From: a virus | Strand: one strand, 5' to 3' | DNA length: 39,801 nt | Virus record (IMG/VR): IMGVR_UViG_3300038559_000036 | Shown: positions 7,579 through 16,650 of the stretch, piece by piece | Layout: every line of letters begins with the position of its first letter | Numbering within the stretch: position 1 is the stretch's first letter | Notes under the pieces: generated by a model | Seen by the model: only the letters and a program-made list of their open reading frames with translations | Database searches by the model: none | What the model was told of the DNA's origin: nothing | Program-made: the position numbers and the translations under genes

Positions 7579-7689
7579 CTATTTTTTCTTTTTAGCAGCT
7601 TTACCTATGCGACCTTCCATTTTGCCACCTTTTTTATTCATTTTTTCTTTCTTTTCGTAAGATTCTTCTTTACGTTCGTGCTTTTTCAT
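7579..7689 (-). CDS. Possible 36-aa highly basic peptide
   Basis: Hand translation gives MKKHERKEESYEKKEKMNKKGGKMEGRIGKAAKKKK. An AGGA lies 8 nt upstream. It is below the track cutoff. Confidence 0.3.
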   Translation of the reverse strand: MKKHERKEESYEKKEKMNKKGGKMEGRIGKAAKKKK

Positions 7690-7708
7690 TTTCGATGTCC
7701 TTATTATA

Positions 7709-7936
7709 TTAAAAATAAATTAATCTAAAGTCATTATAGTAAATCTTATACAAACCCCAAAGGTAGTCAAGAGGCCGTTGTTTACTTTTTTGCTTAGATT
7801 TCTTAATAGCCTTTGCTTTAGGCTTTACATGCTGAGGCAGCTTTTTACCTTTAGGGGTGGCAGATTCAAATTCTTTGGCTAATTCAGGATGTTTAGCATA
7901 CATGAATTTACGCTGGGCTTTGGAAACAAATGGCAC
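7709..7936 (-). CDS. Small basic protein (SKAQRKFMYA motif), unknown function
   Basis: 75-aa ORF. I recall the N-terminal MPFVSKAQRKFMYAKHPELAKEF motif from small phage proteins. Confidence 0.5.
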   Translation of the reverse strand: MPFVSKAQRKFMYAKHPELAKEFESATPKGKKLPQHVKPKAKAIKKSKQKSKQRPLDYLWGLYKIYYNDFRLIYF

Positions 7937-7946
7937 TTTAATTCTC

Positions 7947-8327
7947 CTATGAAGCTGTAGTTGGAACTGCTACCCAAGACTTAGTTGTCTCATCCCAGAT
8001 ATATAGATTTCCATCAGTAGGATAAGGTGTTGGAGGTGTCCAAGTCCAGTTTGGGGTAGCAATAGTCCAACTTGGGTAAGGCTGTGGCGGATAAAACACA
8101 TCATGGGTTGAATCATATGTATAGCCAATTCCTGCATAATTTCCTCGTAAAGGAGTGCCGCCATCCGGGATATCACTGTTTGGCGCATAATGATTGCCAC
8201 CTCTCGTATTATAAGAGGTTTGGATCCATGAACCAGGACTAGTATCCACGAAAGTATTAAAAAATGCAGCATCAGCCACAATAACCTGGGTTACTATTCC
8301 ATTAACTACTTTTGCGTAATGAGACAT
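7947..8327 (-). CDS. Conserved phage protein, Trp/Pro/Tyr-rich (fibre-associated?)
   Basis: 126 aa. The N-terminus MSHYAKVVNGIVTQVIVADAAFF is a pattern I recall from many phage hypothetical proteins. It lies directly downstream of the large fibre gene. Confidence 0.6.
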   Translation of the reverse strand: MSHYAKVVNGIVTQVIVADAAFFNTFVDTSPGSWIQTSYNTRGGNHYAPNSDIPDGGTPLRGNYAGIGYTYDSTHDVFYPPQPYPSWTIATPNWTWTPPTPYPTDGNLYIWDETTKSWVAVPTTAS

Positions 8328-8340
8328 TAAATTATTCCTT

Positions 8341-11300
8341 TTATGCTGTATAACTTCCGCTTGAGGTAAATTTCATGATGGTATTGCCGCCAGAAACTGT
8401 TACGGTTGGCGATCCAGTAGTTGTGCCTGAATAATTAGCGGTTGGAACAGATAAAACTATTATACCAGAACCGCCGGCTCCTCCAGAATACCCACCATTA
8501 CCGCCATTTCCAGTGTTTGCCGAACCAGCAGCACTATTGCTAGAACTTCCACCAGTACTATAAATTACACTAGATCCTGTGATAGTAGATGCCGAGCCTG
8601 TTCCGCCAATATTTGCAAATCCAACACCGCCAGCACCACCACCGCCGCCAGCAACACCACCGTAGCTATATCCTGCTCCAGCATTTCCTTGGCCAGCAGT
8701 ACCGCTTCCTCCGGTAGTACTTCCATAACCGCTACCACCACCAGAACCACCATTTTGGCCAGCACCAGTATAAACTCCACCAGCACCACCACCAATAGAG
8801 GTAATTGTAGTTATGAAACTTCCGCTAATACTAGAATTAGTTCCGTTAGTGGTTAGAGCACCACCACCACCAATTGTAATAGTATAAACCACACCTTGTT
8901 GTAAATTCGTTGTTGAGGCCAACAAACCGCCAGCACCACCACCGCCACTATAAGAGCCGCTTCCTGGTCCAGCACCAGCACCAGCACCACCAGCGGCAGA
9001 CAAATAAGAAATAGAATAATATTGGTTTATTGGGGTTGATGCATAAGCAGTACTAAATACTATCCATCCTTGGGTAGTATCAACATAAACTAAAGATACA
9101 GCTACTCGATTTATAACTATCTGTTCATTTGATGTTGAACCATTAATTTTACTTCCATTTGGATTAATATCAATCTGATTGGTAGCAGCTGTCCCAGAAT
9201 AATCAACAATAGTTACATAGTTTCCTGCTGAAGGAGCAGAAGGCAATGTAACCGTAATTATTCCCGCTGTTGTATTAATTGGATACCCATTACCTGATAT
9301 CGCTGTAAAATTAGAGGTTTGTACCGATTGCCAAGAAATACCACCACCGCCTCCGCCACCCGCTTGAAATGTTGGAAGAGCACCTGCACCATTACTTGTT
9401 AATACCTGTCCTGATGTGCCAAGGGATGCTATTGATTGTACCGATCCAGTTGATGTTGTGCCGCCACATAAAACTGCATATGAAGTAAAAGATGCATCAC
9501 CCGTTCCGCCATTGGCAACAGGCAACGTATTAGTTACACCATTAGAAAGATTTACATACCCCCATGCTGGATCGTTGCTAGCTCCAGTGTTAGCAAGGTA
9601 TTGGGTTGCTGTAGTACTTTTAGCAAGAGCCATTAATGTATTGGCAGCGCTCGCATATATAGTATCACCTTGGTTAAAACTAGTAATGTTTGTACCGCCA
9701 GAGGTTACGCCAATTGGTGTGGCAGCTGAACCCCAGGTTCCGGTTGTAATCGTGCCAATACTGGCCAAGGAAGACAATGTACCTACAGCGCTATTAACTA
9801 GAGTGCCAGAAACTGGAAATGTTACGGATGTGGTGTTACTAAAAGTAAAAGTAGAATTGTATGCGCCAGACAATGTTAGACCGCCAGCTGTTGAAATGCT
9901 ACCACCTAAAGTAACAGTATAAGCACCGTTGTTAACACCTGTGCCGCCATAAGTTCCTGTTATTATTGAACCGTTCCACGCACCGGTTGTGATCGTTCCG
10001 GTTTGTGTAATATTTCCTTGCACGGCAGTTGGTAAAGTGCTACCAATGCTTGGAACTCCGCCACTACTCGTTATTAATACTCCACTATTGGCGGTTGTTA
10101 AACCTGTAATAGTATTAGCAGCTGATGAATAAAGAAGTTGATTAATAGTAGTAGTAGTAGGATAAGTAGCTGTAGACCAGGCAGGAGTAGTACTTGCACC
10201 TGACAATAAAACTTGATTAGCAGTAGATGTCCCGGCTAGGATAGCCCCCGCTGATGCAGTAGAATAAAAAATACCACCATTACTTGCTGTTAAGTTGGCG
10301 TTTAACCCGCCATTAGCTAACGACAAAGGAAAAGTAGGAATAGATGAAGTCGTAGCTAATGTGCCTGACGTTGGTAAAGTTACACTAGTAGCACCTGTCA
10401 ATGTTAGGGTTGCTGCGTATGCGCCACTAGTTGTAAAGTTACCGCCAAGCGTGACTGTCGATGAGCCATTGTTAATTCCAGTCCCACCATACGTTGGGGA
10501 AATTATAGTGCCACCCCAAACGCCCGTACCTATAATGCCAACACTTGATAGTGATGATAGCGTAGTCACTGCTGAGTTAACCAGTGTTCCTGAAGTTGGT
10601 AGAGTAACGCTTGTAGCTCCAGTTACAGTTAACGTGGTGTTAAAAGCGCCGCTAGTTGTTAAGTTTCCCCCAAGTGTTATGGTGGATGCACCGTTATTTA
10701 CGCCTGTGCCGCCATAAGTGCCCCCAACAACACCACCGTTCCAAGTTCCTGTGCCTATTGTGCCAAGAGTTGTAATGCTGCTTTGCCCTACGTAATTAGC
10801 GTCTATATCAATAACGGGAGTTGTGCCGCCTGTAGAGGTTATTCTATTTAACGTACCACCAACGCTTACTACGCCGGTTGAAGCAGTCGTAAACGGAGCC
10901 CAAGTAGAACCGTCTGCCGTACCTTCGAATACCGCAGTCTGCGTGTTAAATCTCATCGTGCCAGCGGCTCCAGCCTTGGCTGCTGTATTGCCTTGTGGTA
11001 AAGTTACACCGGCAGTTCCTGGCAATACAGCATTGCTTGCTAATCCTATTGTAACGTTCCCGGTTGCGCTAGATACTGTAGTTTGATTGGCAGTTGCGAT
11101 GTTGCTAAGTACGCCGCTTCCCGCACCGGTTGCTTGCCAAGTAGGTGCACTTCCTGCGCCATTACTTGTTAATACCTGTCCTGATGTGCCACTGCTACTA
11201 ACAGTTCCTACAGCACTTGTGCCGTTCCCTAATAAAACTTCATATTGAGCAAGAGAAACTGCCCCAGTTCCTCCGTTAGCAACAGCAATAGTAGAACCAG

Positions 11301-12864
11301 CCCAAGTTCCTGTAGTTATAGTGCCAAGTGTAGTAATACTTGTCTGCCCTATATATGTTGAGTCAATATCTACAATAACACTCCCAGTAGTTGGTGAGCA
11401 GGTAATAAATCCACCCGTTCCTGCAACACTCGTAACACCAGTAGATGATGATTCAAAAGTATCCCAGGTGGTGCCATCTGCAGTACCTTCAAAAACTCCG
11501 GATTGGGTATTAAACCTCATTGTTCCGGCCGCACCAGCACGAGCCGCAGTATTACCTTGTGGTAAAGTAACACCTGCCAGTCCAGGTAAAGATGGATTAT
11601 TTGTTACGCCAATTGTGATCGCACCTGTTGCACTAGTAATTGTTAATGCTGTTCCTTGGGTTAAAGTAGCAGCGACTGGATCGCCGGCTGTTGTTCCAAT
11701 TAATAATTGGCCTGCGGCTAATGCAATAGGATTAAAAGGGCTTGCTCCTTCGGCAATTAATATTCCGTGTGCAGTTGGGCTAACGAGACCAGATCCCCCT
11801 TGAGATGTAACTAACGGCAGAGATGGTATCCCAGCAACTGTAGCTAGTGTGCCTGAAAGAGGAAAAGTAAGATCGGTAATACCAGTAAAATTAAATGTGA
11901 CCGGATAAGCACCAGTAGTCGTTAAGCTGTCTGCTAAAGTAATAGTAGAGGCACCATTGTTTACTCCAGTTCCTCCGAACGCAGCTCCTAATGGCTCAAT
12001 CATATAAGTTATCGTTCCAAGCTCAGTAATGCCTTGTTGAACAGCAGACGGTAAAGTTCCTGAAATGCTAGGCACTCCATCTATGTTAGTAACAAGCACG
12101 CTATCAGCAGCAGTAGCTAACCCTGTTATAGTGTTATTTGCAGAAGAATATAAAAGTTGATTTGCAGTCGTTGTTGCAGGATATGTAGCGGTTGACCATG
12201 ATGGTGCCGTAGACGAGCCTGATAACAACACTTTATCTGCGGTTGCAATTCCAGACAATATGGCGGTAGCTGTAGCGGTTGAATAAAATATGCCGCCATT
12301 AGAAGCGGTAAGGTTAGCATTTGTTCCTCCATAGGCTAAACTAATAACAGAGCCCTCAAATACTCCTGTTGTAATTGTACCAAGTGTAGTAATACTAGTT
12401 TGCCCAACATAATTTGGATCTATACTAATTACTGGGTTTTGCCCTCCAGTACAGGAAATTTTATTAAGAGTTCCTGTAACCGTTAACACCCCAACCCCTA
12501 CAGTTGTAGCTAGAACTCCACTTGTTGGAAACGTTATACTAGTAGTTCCCGTCATATTAAAGGTAGAATTATAAGCACCTGTTGTTGTTAAACTACCGCC
12601 AAGAGTAATCGTTCCAGTATTGTTAATGCCAGTCCCACCGAATTGTTGATTTAAAGGAGCACCAATAGATGCAATAGCTCCAAGCTCGGTAATATTTTGT
12701 TGTACCAACAATGGAATAGTAGCTTGAAAGCTTGGGATCCCACCAGCATTTGTAACTAATATTGCATTTGTAGCTGTTCCTAACCCTACTAATTGGGTTG
12801 CAGATGATGCATATATTAATTGGTTAGCAGCAAATGCGGCATTGAGTGCGTTACTTATTGTCAT
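8341..12864 (-). CDS. Giant mosaic tail fibre / host-recognition protein with glycine-rich C-terminal domain
   Basis: 1507-aa uninterrupted ORF. It is Gly/Thr/Ala/Ser-rich with repeated modules (GQTSITTLGTITTG.W, LPQGNTAA.AGAAGTMRFNTQ, SGQVLTSNGAG..PT(W/F)QA). The tail (about 8341..9000) is rich in GGGGAGG runs. Confidence 0.8.
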   Translation of the reverse strand: MTISNALNAAFAANQLIYASSATQLVGLGTATNAILVTNAGGIPSFQATIPLLVQQNITELGAIASIGAPLNQQFGGTGINNTGTITLGGSLTTTGAYNSTFNMTGTTSITFPTSGVLATTVGVGVLTVTGTLNKISCTGGQNPVISIDPNYVGQTSITTLGTITTGVFEGSVISLAYGGTNANLTASNGGIFYSTATATAILSGIATADKVLLSGSSTAPSWSTATYPATTTANQLLYSSANNTITGLATAADSVLVTNIDGVPSISGTLPSAVQQGITELGTITYMIEPLGAAFGGTGVNNGASTITLADSLTTTGAYPVTFNFTGITDLTFPLSGTLATVAGIPSLPLVTSQGGSGLVSPTAHGILIAEGASPFNPIALAAGQLLIGTTAGDPVAATLTQGTALTITSATGAITIGVTNNPSLPGLAGVTLPQGNTAARAGAAGTMRFNTQSGVFEGTADGTTWDTFESSSTGVTSVAGTGGFITCSPTTGSVIVDIDSTYIGQTSITTLGTITTGTWAGSTIAVANGGTGAVSLAQYEVLLGNGTSAVGTVSSSGTSGQVLTSNGAGSAPTWQATGAGSGVLSNIATANQTTVSSATGNVTIGLASNAVLPGTAGVTLPQGNTAAKAGAAGTMRFNTQTAVFEGTADGSTWAPFTTASTGVVSVGGTLNRITSTGGTTPVIDIDANYVGQSSITTLGTIGTGTWNGGVVGGTYGGTGVNNGASTITLGGNLTTSGAFNTTLTVTGATSVTLPTSGTLVNSAVTTLSSLSSVGIIGTGVWGGTIISPTYGGTGINNGSSTVTLGGNFTTSGAYAATLTLTGATSVTLPTSGTLATTSSIPTFPLSLANGGLNANLTASNGGIFYSTASAGAILAGTSTANQVLLSGASTTPAWSTATYPTTTTINQLLYSSAANTITGLTTANSGVLITSSGGVPSIGSTLPTAVQGNITQTGTITTGAWNGSIITGTYGGTGVNNGAYTVTLGGSISTAGGLTLSGAYNSTFTFSNTTSVTFPVSGTLVNSAVGTLSSLASIGTITTGTWGSAATPIGVTSGGTNITSFNQGDTIYASAANTLMALAKSTTATQYLANTGASNDPAWGYVNLSNGVTNTLPVANGGTGDASFTSYAVLCGGTTSTGSVQSIASLGTSGQVLTSNGAGALPTFQAGGGGGGGISWQSVQTSNFTAISGNGYPINTTAGIITVTLPSAPSAGNYVTIVDYSGTAATNQIDINPNGSKINGSTSNEQIVINRVAVSLVYVDTTQGWIVFSTAYASTPINQYYSISYLSAAGGAGAGAGPGSGSYSGGGGAGGLLASTTNLQQGVVYTITIGGGGALTTNGTNSSISGSFITTITSIGGGAGGVYTGAGQNGGSGGGSGYGSTTGGSGTAGQGNAGAGYSYGGVAGGGGGAGGVGFANIGGTGSASTITGSSVIYSTGGSSSNSAAGSANTGNGGNGGYSGGAGGSGIIVLSVPTANYSGTTTGSPTVTVSGGNTIMKFTSSGSYTA

Positions 12865-12883
12865 AAATTAATCCCTTAATAAA

Positions 12884-13327
12884 TTAAGTTACCACCCAAT
12901 TTCCTTGTGGTGCGCCTAAAAGTGTAAAGTTATTATTAGTAACGCTGCATACTAAAGTTAGGGAATCACCAATATTAGATGATGCAACAGAACCACCAGC
13001 ACCTAAAGTTGATGCAATGTTACCGAATTGAATTTGTTGTCCTGCATTTTGTGCTATCGTAACGGTGAAAGTCGAGAGGTTTATAATTTGTAAGACTTGC
13101 CCAACAACTGCAACGGTAGGAAGTGTATAAATAGCATTGGCAGTGTTTGCTAGAAAATAGCCATTATTAATAACCAAAACTTGTCCAACAGCTAAAGTAG
13201 CCCAAGGAAGAGCTGCAAATGCTTGAGCATTAAATATGGTATTAGCACCATTTCTTAAGCCGACAACAGTATCACCAGATTCGGCGACCGTTGTAACAGG
13301 ATTAAATTGACTAAATTTTGTAGACAT
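12884..13327 (-). CDS. Tail-fibre-like protein
   Basis: The N-terminus MSTKFSQFNPVTTVAESGDTVVGLRNGANT resembles fibre N-termini. It sits between two large fibre/spike genes. Confidence 0.55.
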   Translation of the reverse strand: MSTKFSQFNPVTTVAESGDTVVGLRNGANTIFNAQAFAALPWATLAVGQVLVINNGYFLANTANAIYTLPTVAVVGQVLQIINLSTFTVTIAQNAGQQIQFGNIASTLGAGGSVASSNIGDSLTLVCSVTNNNFTLLGAPQGNWVVT

Positions 13328-13330
13328 TTA

Positions 13331-13705
13331 TTACTCCTGTATAGCGTAAAATGCAACAGTAATGCTTGGTGTCCCACTTGAAATAAAATGTATTACATCG
13401 GTTGATTTAACCATCTTAGCAGTTGGATTAAGCTCTGCTGTTGTTGCTGCAAAAGTATTACCAGCTGGAACAGTGGCGGTTGCGTTAAGAGCAACAAATA
13501 CATTAGCAGCATTAGAGTATGAAAATACAGCCATAAATTTATTAAAGGTTGTGGCTGTTGGAGCTCCTACGGCAGCAGTCAATGGAACTGCAACTGTAGT
13601 ATCAGTACTTGCTGTTAGTGTTACAGAATAAATAGTGTTACAAAATGGCAAACCAAATCCATTTACACCACTTTTAGTCTTATCTACATTATAATTTGTT
13701 GCCAT
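13331..13705 (-). CDS. Hypothetical virion protein
   Basis: 124-aa ORF, 3-nt spacing to its neighbours, Ala/Thr-rich. Confidence 0.5.
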   Translation of the reverse strand: MATNYNVDKTKSGVNGFGLPFCNTIYSVTLTASTDTTVAVPLTAAVGAPTATTFNKFMAVFSYSNAANVFVALNATATVPAGNTFAATTAELNPTAKMVKSTDVIHFISSGTPSITVAFYAIQE

Positions 13706-13724
13706 TAAAATTCTCCTAAATTAA

Positions 13725-15821
13725 TTAAATTATTCCTAAACGAGCATCTGCCACCCAATGCAAGATCCTTATGTTTCCAAGATTTCCCCCCAAATTAGTA
13801 GCTGTTGTTATACAAACAAATTTAGGCGTAGCATTTAAAACAGCAGTGCTTGACTCATCAGCAGATTGAGTTAAATTATAAGCTTGTGCATTATTATTTA
13901 TTGGGTTGTATGTAGTTACAGTTGGCACGACCCTCATACCAGTTTCAAACTCCAAAGGAAACCCAATACCAACTCCATTTAAATTATTAACAGGGAAATA
14001 ATACTCGCCTGTGCCAACGCCTAATGCGGTTGCCGGAACGATACTGTTGGAAAATGATTTCCTATAGTAGTATAAACAGTCTTGCATGACGGATATTACT
14101 GATTGTGGTGCTGGCCTTGTAGGTATATCTCCCGGCACAACGCTTGCGGAATTAATCGAGATAGTATCCGCCGCTGTCATTGCCCCAAAACCCACTACAA
14201 TTGCAAAAAAATTAGCAGTTTGAGTAGCTGCTACTCCTTTCATATCCCAACCGCTAAAACCATTAAAATTAAAATTAGTAGTGGCATTAGCCTTTATGGT
14301 AAATTGAGCATTTCCTAAATCACTTCGTGGAACCTCGACCCATGTGCCGTTTAAAGTGGCAGGATGTCCATTAGCGTCTAGTGTGGCGACAACAGAATTA
14401 TTAGTGCCAGCTACTACGCTTGGTAAAGAAGCATCAGTGCAATACCATAACGATATTGTTGCGGTTATTCCAGCTAAATTAGAGGTTTTGCTTTCAATGG
14501 CACAAGACATCTTTGAATTCAACATTTCTCGTGCCTTAGTTGAATCTAAATATTGGACTATTGCAGGTTGAACAGCAGCAGCAGCGGTTAATACTAATTC
14601 ACCATTACCACCACGATTAACGCTAACGCCACTATTGGCCGATTGAAATACTATTGTTTGATCCCAGGCATAAAAAGATTTGTTAGCACCAACTGCTTGA
14701 ACTGCAACAGTCGTTCCTAAAAATTGGGAAGGATTTAAGGGGAAATCCCACCCACATAAATAGCTTGAAATAGGCTTATATTCTAATGCAGGAATATTAG
14801 CCTCTTCTACTTGCTGGTTAACTGGGATTTGATCAAAAATAACATTGGTTAGATCTGTTTCTAAACCAGCAACTTGAACGTTAGATAAAGTAGTAGTAGC
14901 TGCAATTGGTAATGTTATAATTATATCAACATACCCCACATCAGCATTGTCAGTATTACTTGCTGCGGCCAATTGAACCGTGTTTGTAAATTCTTGATAA
15001 GTACCCAACACATTGTTAGCGGTAAGCAACGCTTGGGGCGCACCAACTGATGGTGCATATTGCATTGTCACAGAACTAAGAGGTGCTAATAAAATAGATG
15101 TTGCAATGTAACCGTTTGTGCCTCCTGGCTGAGGAGACCAAATGTTAGGGTTATGGTATAGCCTTTGGAAAAGGGTTAATCCTGTAACGTTAGCACTTGG
15201 TGTTACTGTTAAAGTATAAGGCGGGTTGCCCGGGTAAGCCGAAGATCCTGCTATTGAATTTCTAGTAACTGTTACGCTACCAGCCCCTAGCGTTGTTAAA
15301 TTTAACGTCCAACGTTGCCCTATTACCGTGCTAACTGTTCCTGTTACTGGAGAGGTTATGATTAACGGGGTTGGAGGGCTAAACGATACGTTTGCAAACT
15401 GAGGGTTAATCAAGCCATTGCTAATATTAGCTTGTGTTAGGGATTCGCTTTCGTTGGTTACTATATTAGGCCATGCCTCTCTAGTAAACTGTTCTGTTCC
15501 CATTGAATTAGTAACAGTAATATAATAAAGCTGTACGTTTGCGTCTGGTAACTGTGAATCGTAAGGAAAATAGTAAACAGCAATATTGTTGCCTGCTGCA
15601 TCCTGAAATGTTCCAGCGTTGCTTAAAATAATAGGATTAGGCAATGCCGTATAAGTGTAATTAGGCGGTGCGCCAGATAGCTCATATACAAGTTTTGGCA
15701 CAGTTCTTGCATCATCTTGCCAGAAAGAGACAACCCCATTAGATAAGGGTGCGCCCGAATCTTTGTCTACCAAATATGGAGACAAATCAATAGCCGTTAT
15801 ATATCTAGGGTCGAGAGCCAT
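13725..15821 (-). CDS. Tailspike / tail fibre protein
   Basis: 698 aa. The N-terminal segment NGVVSFWQDDARTVPKLVY...NPIILSNAGTF follows the pattern of spike/fibre head-binding domains. It is located after the ejection proteins, as in P22-like phages. Confidence 0.55.
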   Translation of the reverse strand: MALDPRYITAIDLSPYLVDKDSGAPLSNGVVSFWQDDARTVPKLVYELSGAPPNYTYTALPNPIILSNAGTFQDAAGNNIAVYYFPYDSQLPDANVQLYYITVTNSMGTEQFTREAWPNIVTNESESLTQANISNGLINPQFANVSFSPPTPLIITSPVTGTVSTVIGQRWTLNLTTLGAGSVTVTRNSIAGSSAYPGNPPYTLTVTPSANVTGLTLFQRLYHNPNIWSPQPGGTNGYIATSILLAPLSSVTMQYAPSVGAPQALLTANNVLGTYQEFTNTVQLAAASNTDNADVGYVDIIITLPIAATTTLSNVQVAGLETDLTNVIFDQIPVNQQVEEANIPALEYKPISSYLCGWDFPLNPSQFLGTTVAVQAVGANKSFYAWDQTIVFQSANSGVSVNRGGNGELVLTAAAAVQPAIVQYLDSTKAREMLNSKMSCAIESKTSNLAGITATISLWYCTDASLPSVVAGTNNSVVATLDANGHPATLNGTWVEVPRSDLGNAQFTIKANATTNFNFNGFSGWDMKGVAATQTANFFAIVVGFGAMTAADTISINSASVVPGDIPTRPAPQSVISVMQDCLYYYRKSFSNSIVPATALGVGTGEYYFPVNNLNGVGIGFPLEFETGMRVVPTVTTYNPINNNAQAYNLTQSADESSTAVLNATPKFVCITTATNLGGNLGNIRILHWVADARLGII

Positions 15822-15925
15822 ATTTAGAATCCTTTCTTTGCTGTGGCATCCGTTGCTTTGCAGTTTTTAGTATAGTAAAATTTAAGAATATAACTACTAT
15901 AAATTTGCATGGGGATATACAATAA

Positions 15926-16237
15926 ATGACTAATACAGCGTGGCAATACTATAAAGATTTAAAGGCTGGCGGAGTGCCAGAAGAACAGGCAGTTGCAGAA
16001 ACGGATGCTTTAAATGTGGCAGTACAAGGCTTGGATAACAAAATTGATCAAGTTAAAGACGAATTAAAAGCCGATATAAAAGATGTAAAGGCCGAGATTA
16101 AAGCATTGAGAACCGAATTAAAAGCCGATATAAAAGATGTTAAAAGTAGCACTAACAAAATATTCTATACCATGATTAGTGCGATGCTTGTGTTTATTGT
16201 AAAAACAGTTGTAATGTTTTGTATACATGGAAGATAA
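15926..16237 (+). CDS. DUF1640-like coiled-coil protein with C-terminal TM anchor (paralogue 2 of 6)
   Basis: YYKDLKAGGVPEEQAVAETDALN, an internal ELKADIKDVK repeat and the hydrophobic tail IFYTMISAMLVFIVKTVVMF. It is on the opposite strand to the structural operon. Confidence 0.7.
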   Translation: MTNTAWQYYKDLKAGGVPEEQAVAETDALNVAVQGLDNKIDQVKDELKADIKDVKAEIKALRTELKADIKDVKSSTNKIFYTMISAMLVFIVKTVVMFCIHGR

Positions 16238-16301
16238 AACCCTTGACCTACCCATCGGCTTAAGGTATAGTTAATTGGTAAACTAATTGGGGGATGTGCA
16301 A

Positions 16302-16550
16302 GTGGCCAGTATAGATACATTGCAAGCATATGAAAATTTAGTTGCTTCTGGGATTCCAGAACAACAAGCAAAGGCGCAAGTTCATTTATTAAATGGATCG
16401 CTGAGCGATTTAGCAACTAAAGATGACTTAAAGATGCTAGAAAAAGATTTAAAATACTTTTTTATAAATTCTTTTGTGGGATTTATATATGCCCCAGTTA
16501 TTGTGGGAATTATAATTGCTTTAATCTTAAAATGGTTAGGAAAGTTTTAA
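16302..16550 (+). CDS. DUF1640-like coiled-coil protein with C-terminal TM anchor (paralogue 3 of 6)
   Basis: (M)ASIDTLQAYENLVASGIPEQQAKAQV...DLATKDDLKMLEKDLK followed by a TM tail. A GTG start at 16302 is preferred over the track start because a GGGGGA RBS lies 7 nt upstream, as in the paralogues. Confidence 0.7.
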   Translation: MASIDTLQAYENLVASGIPEQQAKAQVHLLNGSLSDLATKDDLKMLEKDLKYFFINSFVGFIYAPVIVGIIIALILKWLGKF

Positions 16551-16571
16551 TAAAAAACAGGAGATGAAAAA

Positions 16572-16643
16572 ATGTGTATAATATATATTATAGGATTAAT
16601 TTTAAGTGCCCTAGTGGTTGGCTGGGGGTTTACAGATGATTAG
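16572..16643 (+). CDS. Possible 23-aa hydrophobic peptide
   Basis: An AGGAG lies 8 nt upstream of the ATG. The peptide is MCIIYIIGLILSALVVGWGFTDD. It lies directly downstream of paralogue 3. Confidence 0.3.
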   Translation: MCIIYIIGLILSALVVGWGFTDD

Positions 16644-16650
16644 AATATTA

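Noticed and set aside
7970-8281. 103-aa minus-strand ORF nested out of frame inside 7947..8327, and similar nested ORFs at 8565..8795 and 12126..12332
   Set aside because: They are fully contained in longer ORFs that have recognisable phage-protein character, and their composition is implausible (Leu/Met/Ile-rich shadow frames).
9416-11803. Four long plus-strand ORFs (9416..9922, 10295..10717, 10823..11086, 11321..11803) antisense to the giant fibre gene
   Set aside because: Their Pro/Val/Ala-rich translations are typical of the reverse complement of Gly/Thr/Ala-rich coding sequence. They have no RBS context, and the 4.5-kb minus-strand ORF is clearly the real gene.
8341-12864. Diversity-generating retroelement acting on the fibre gene
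   Set aside because: No reverse transcriptase ORF and no template/variable repeat pair with adenine-specific differences could be seen. The repeats are whole-module duplications.
15844-15857. Sigma-54-like TGGCAT-N4-TTGCT upstream of paralogue 2
   Set aside because: The spacing between the GG and GC elements is 2 nt shorter than the TGGCAC-N5-TTGC consensus, and there is no enhancer-binding activator gene.
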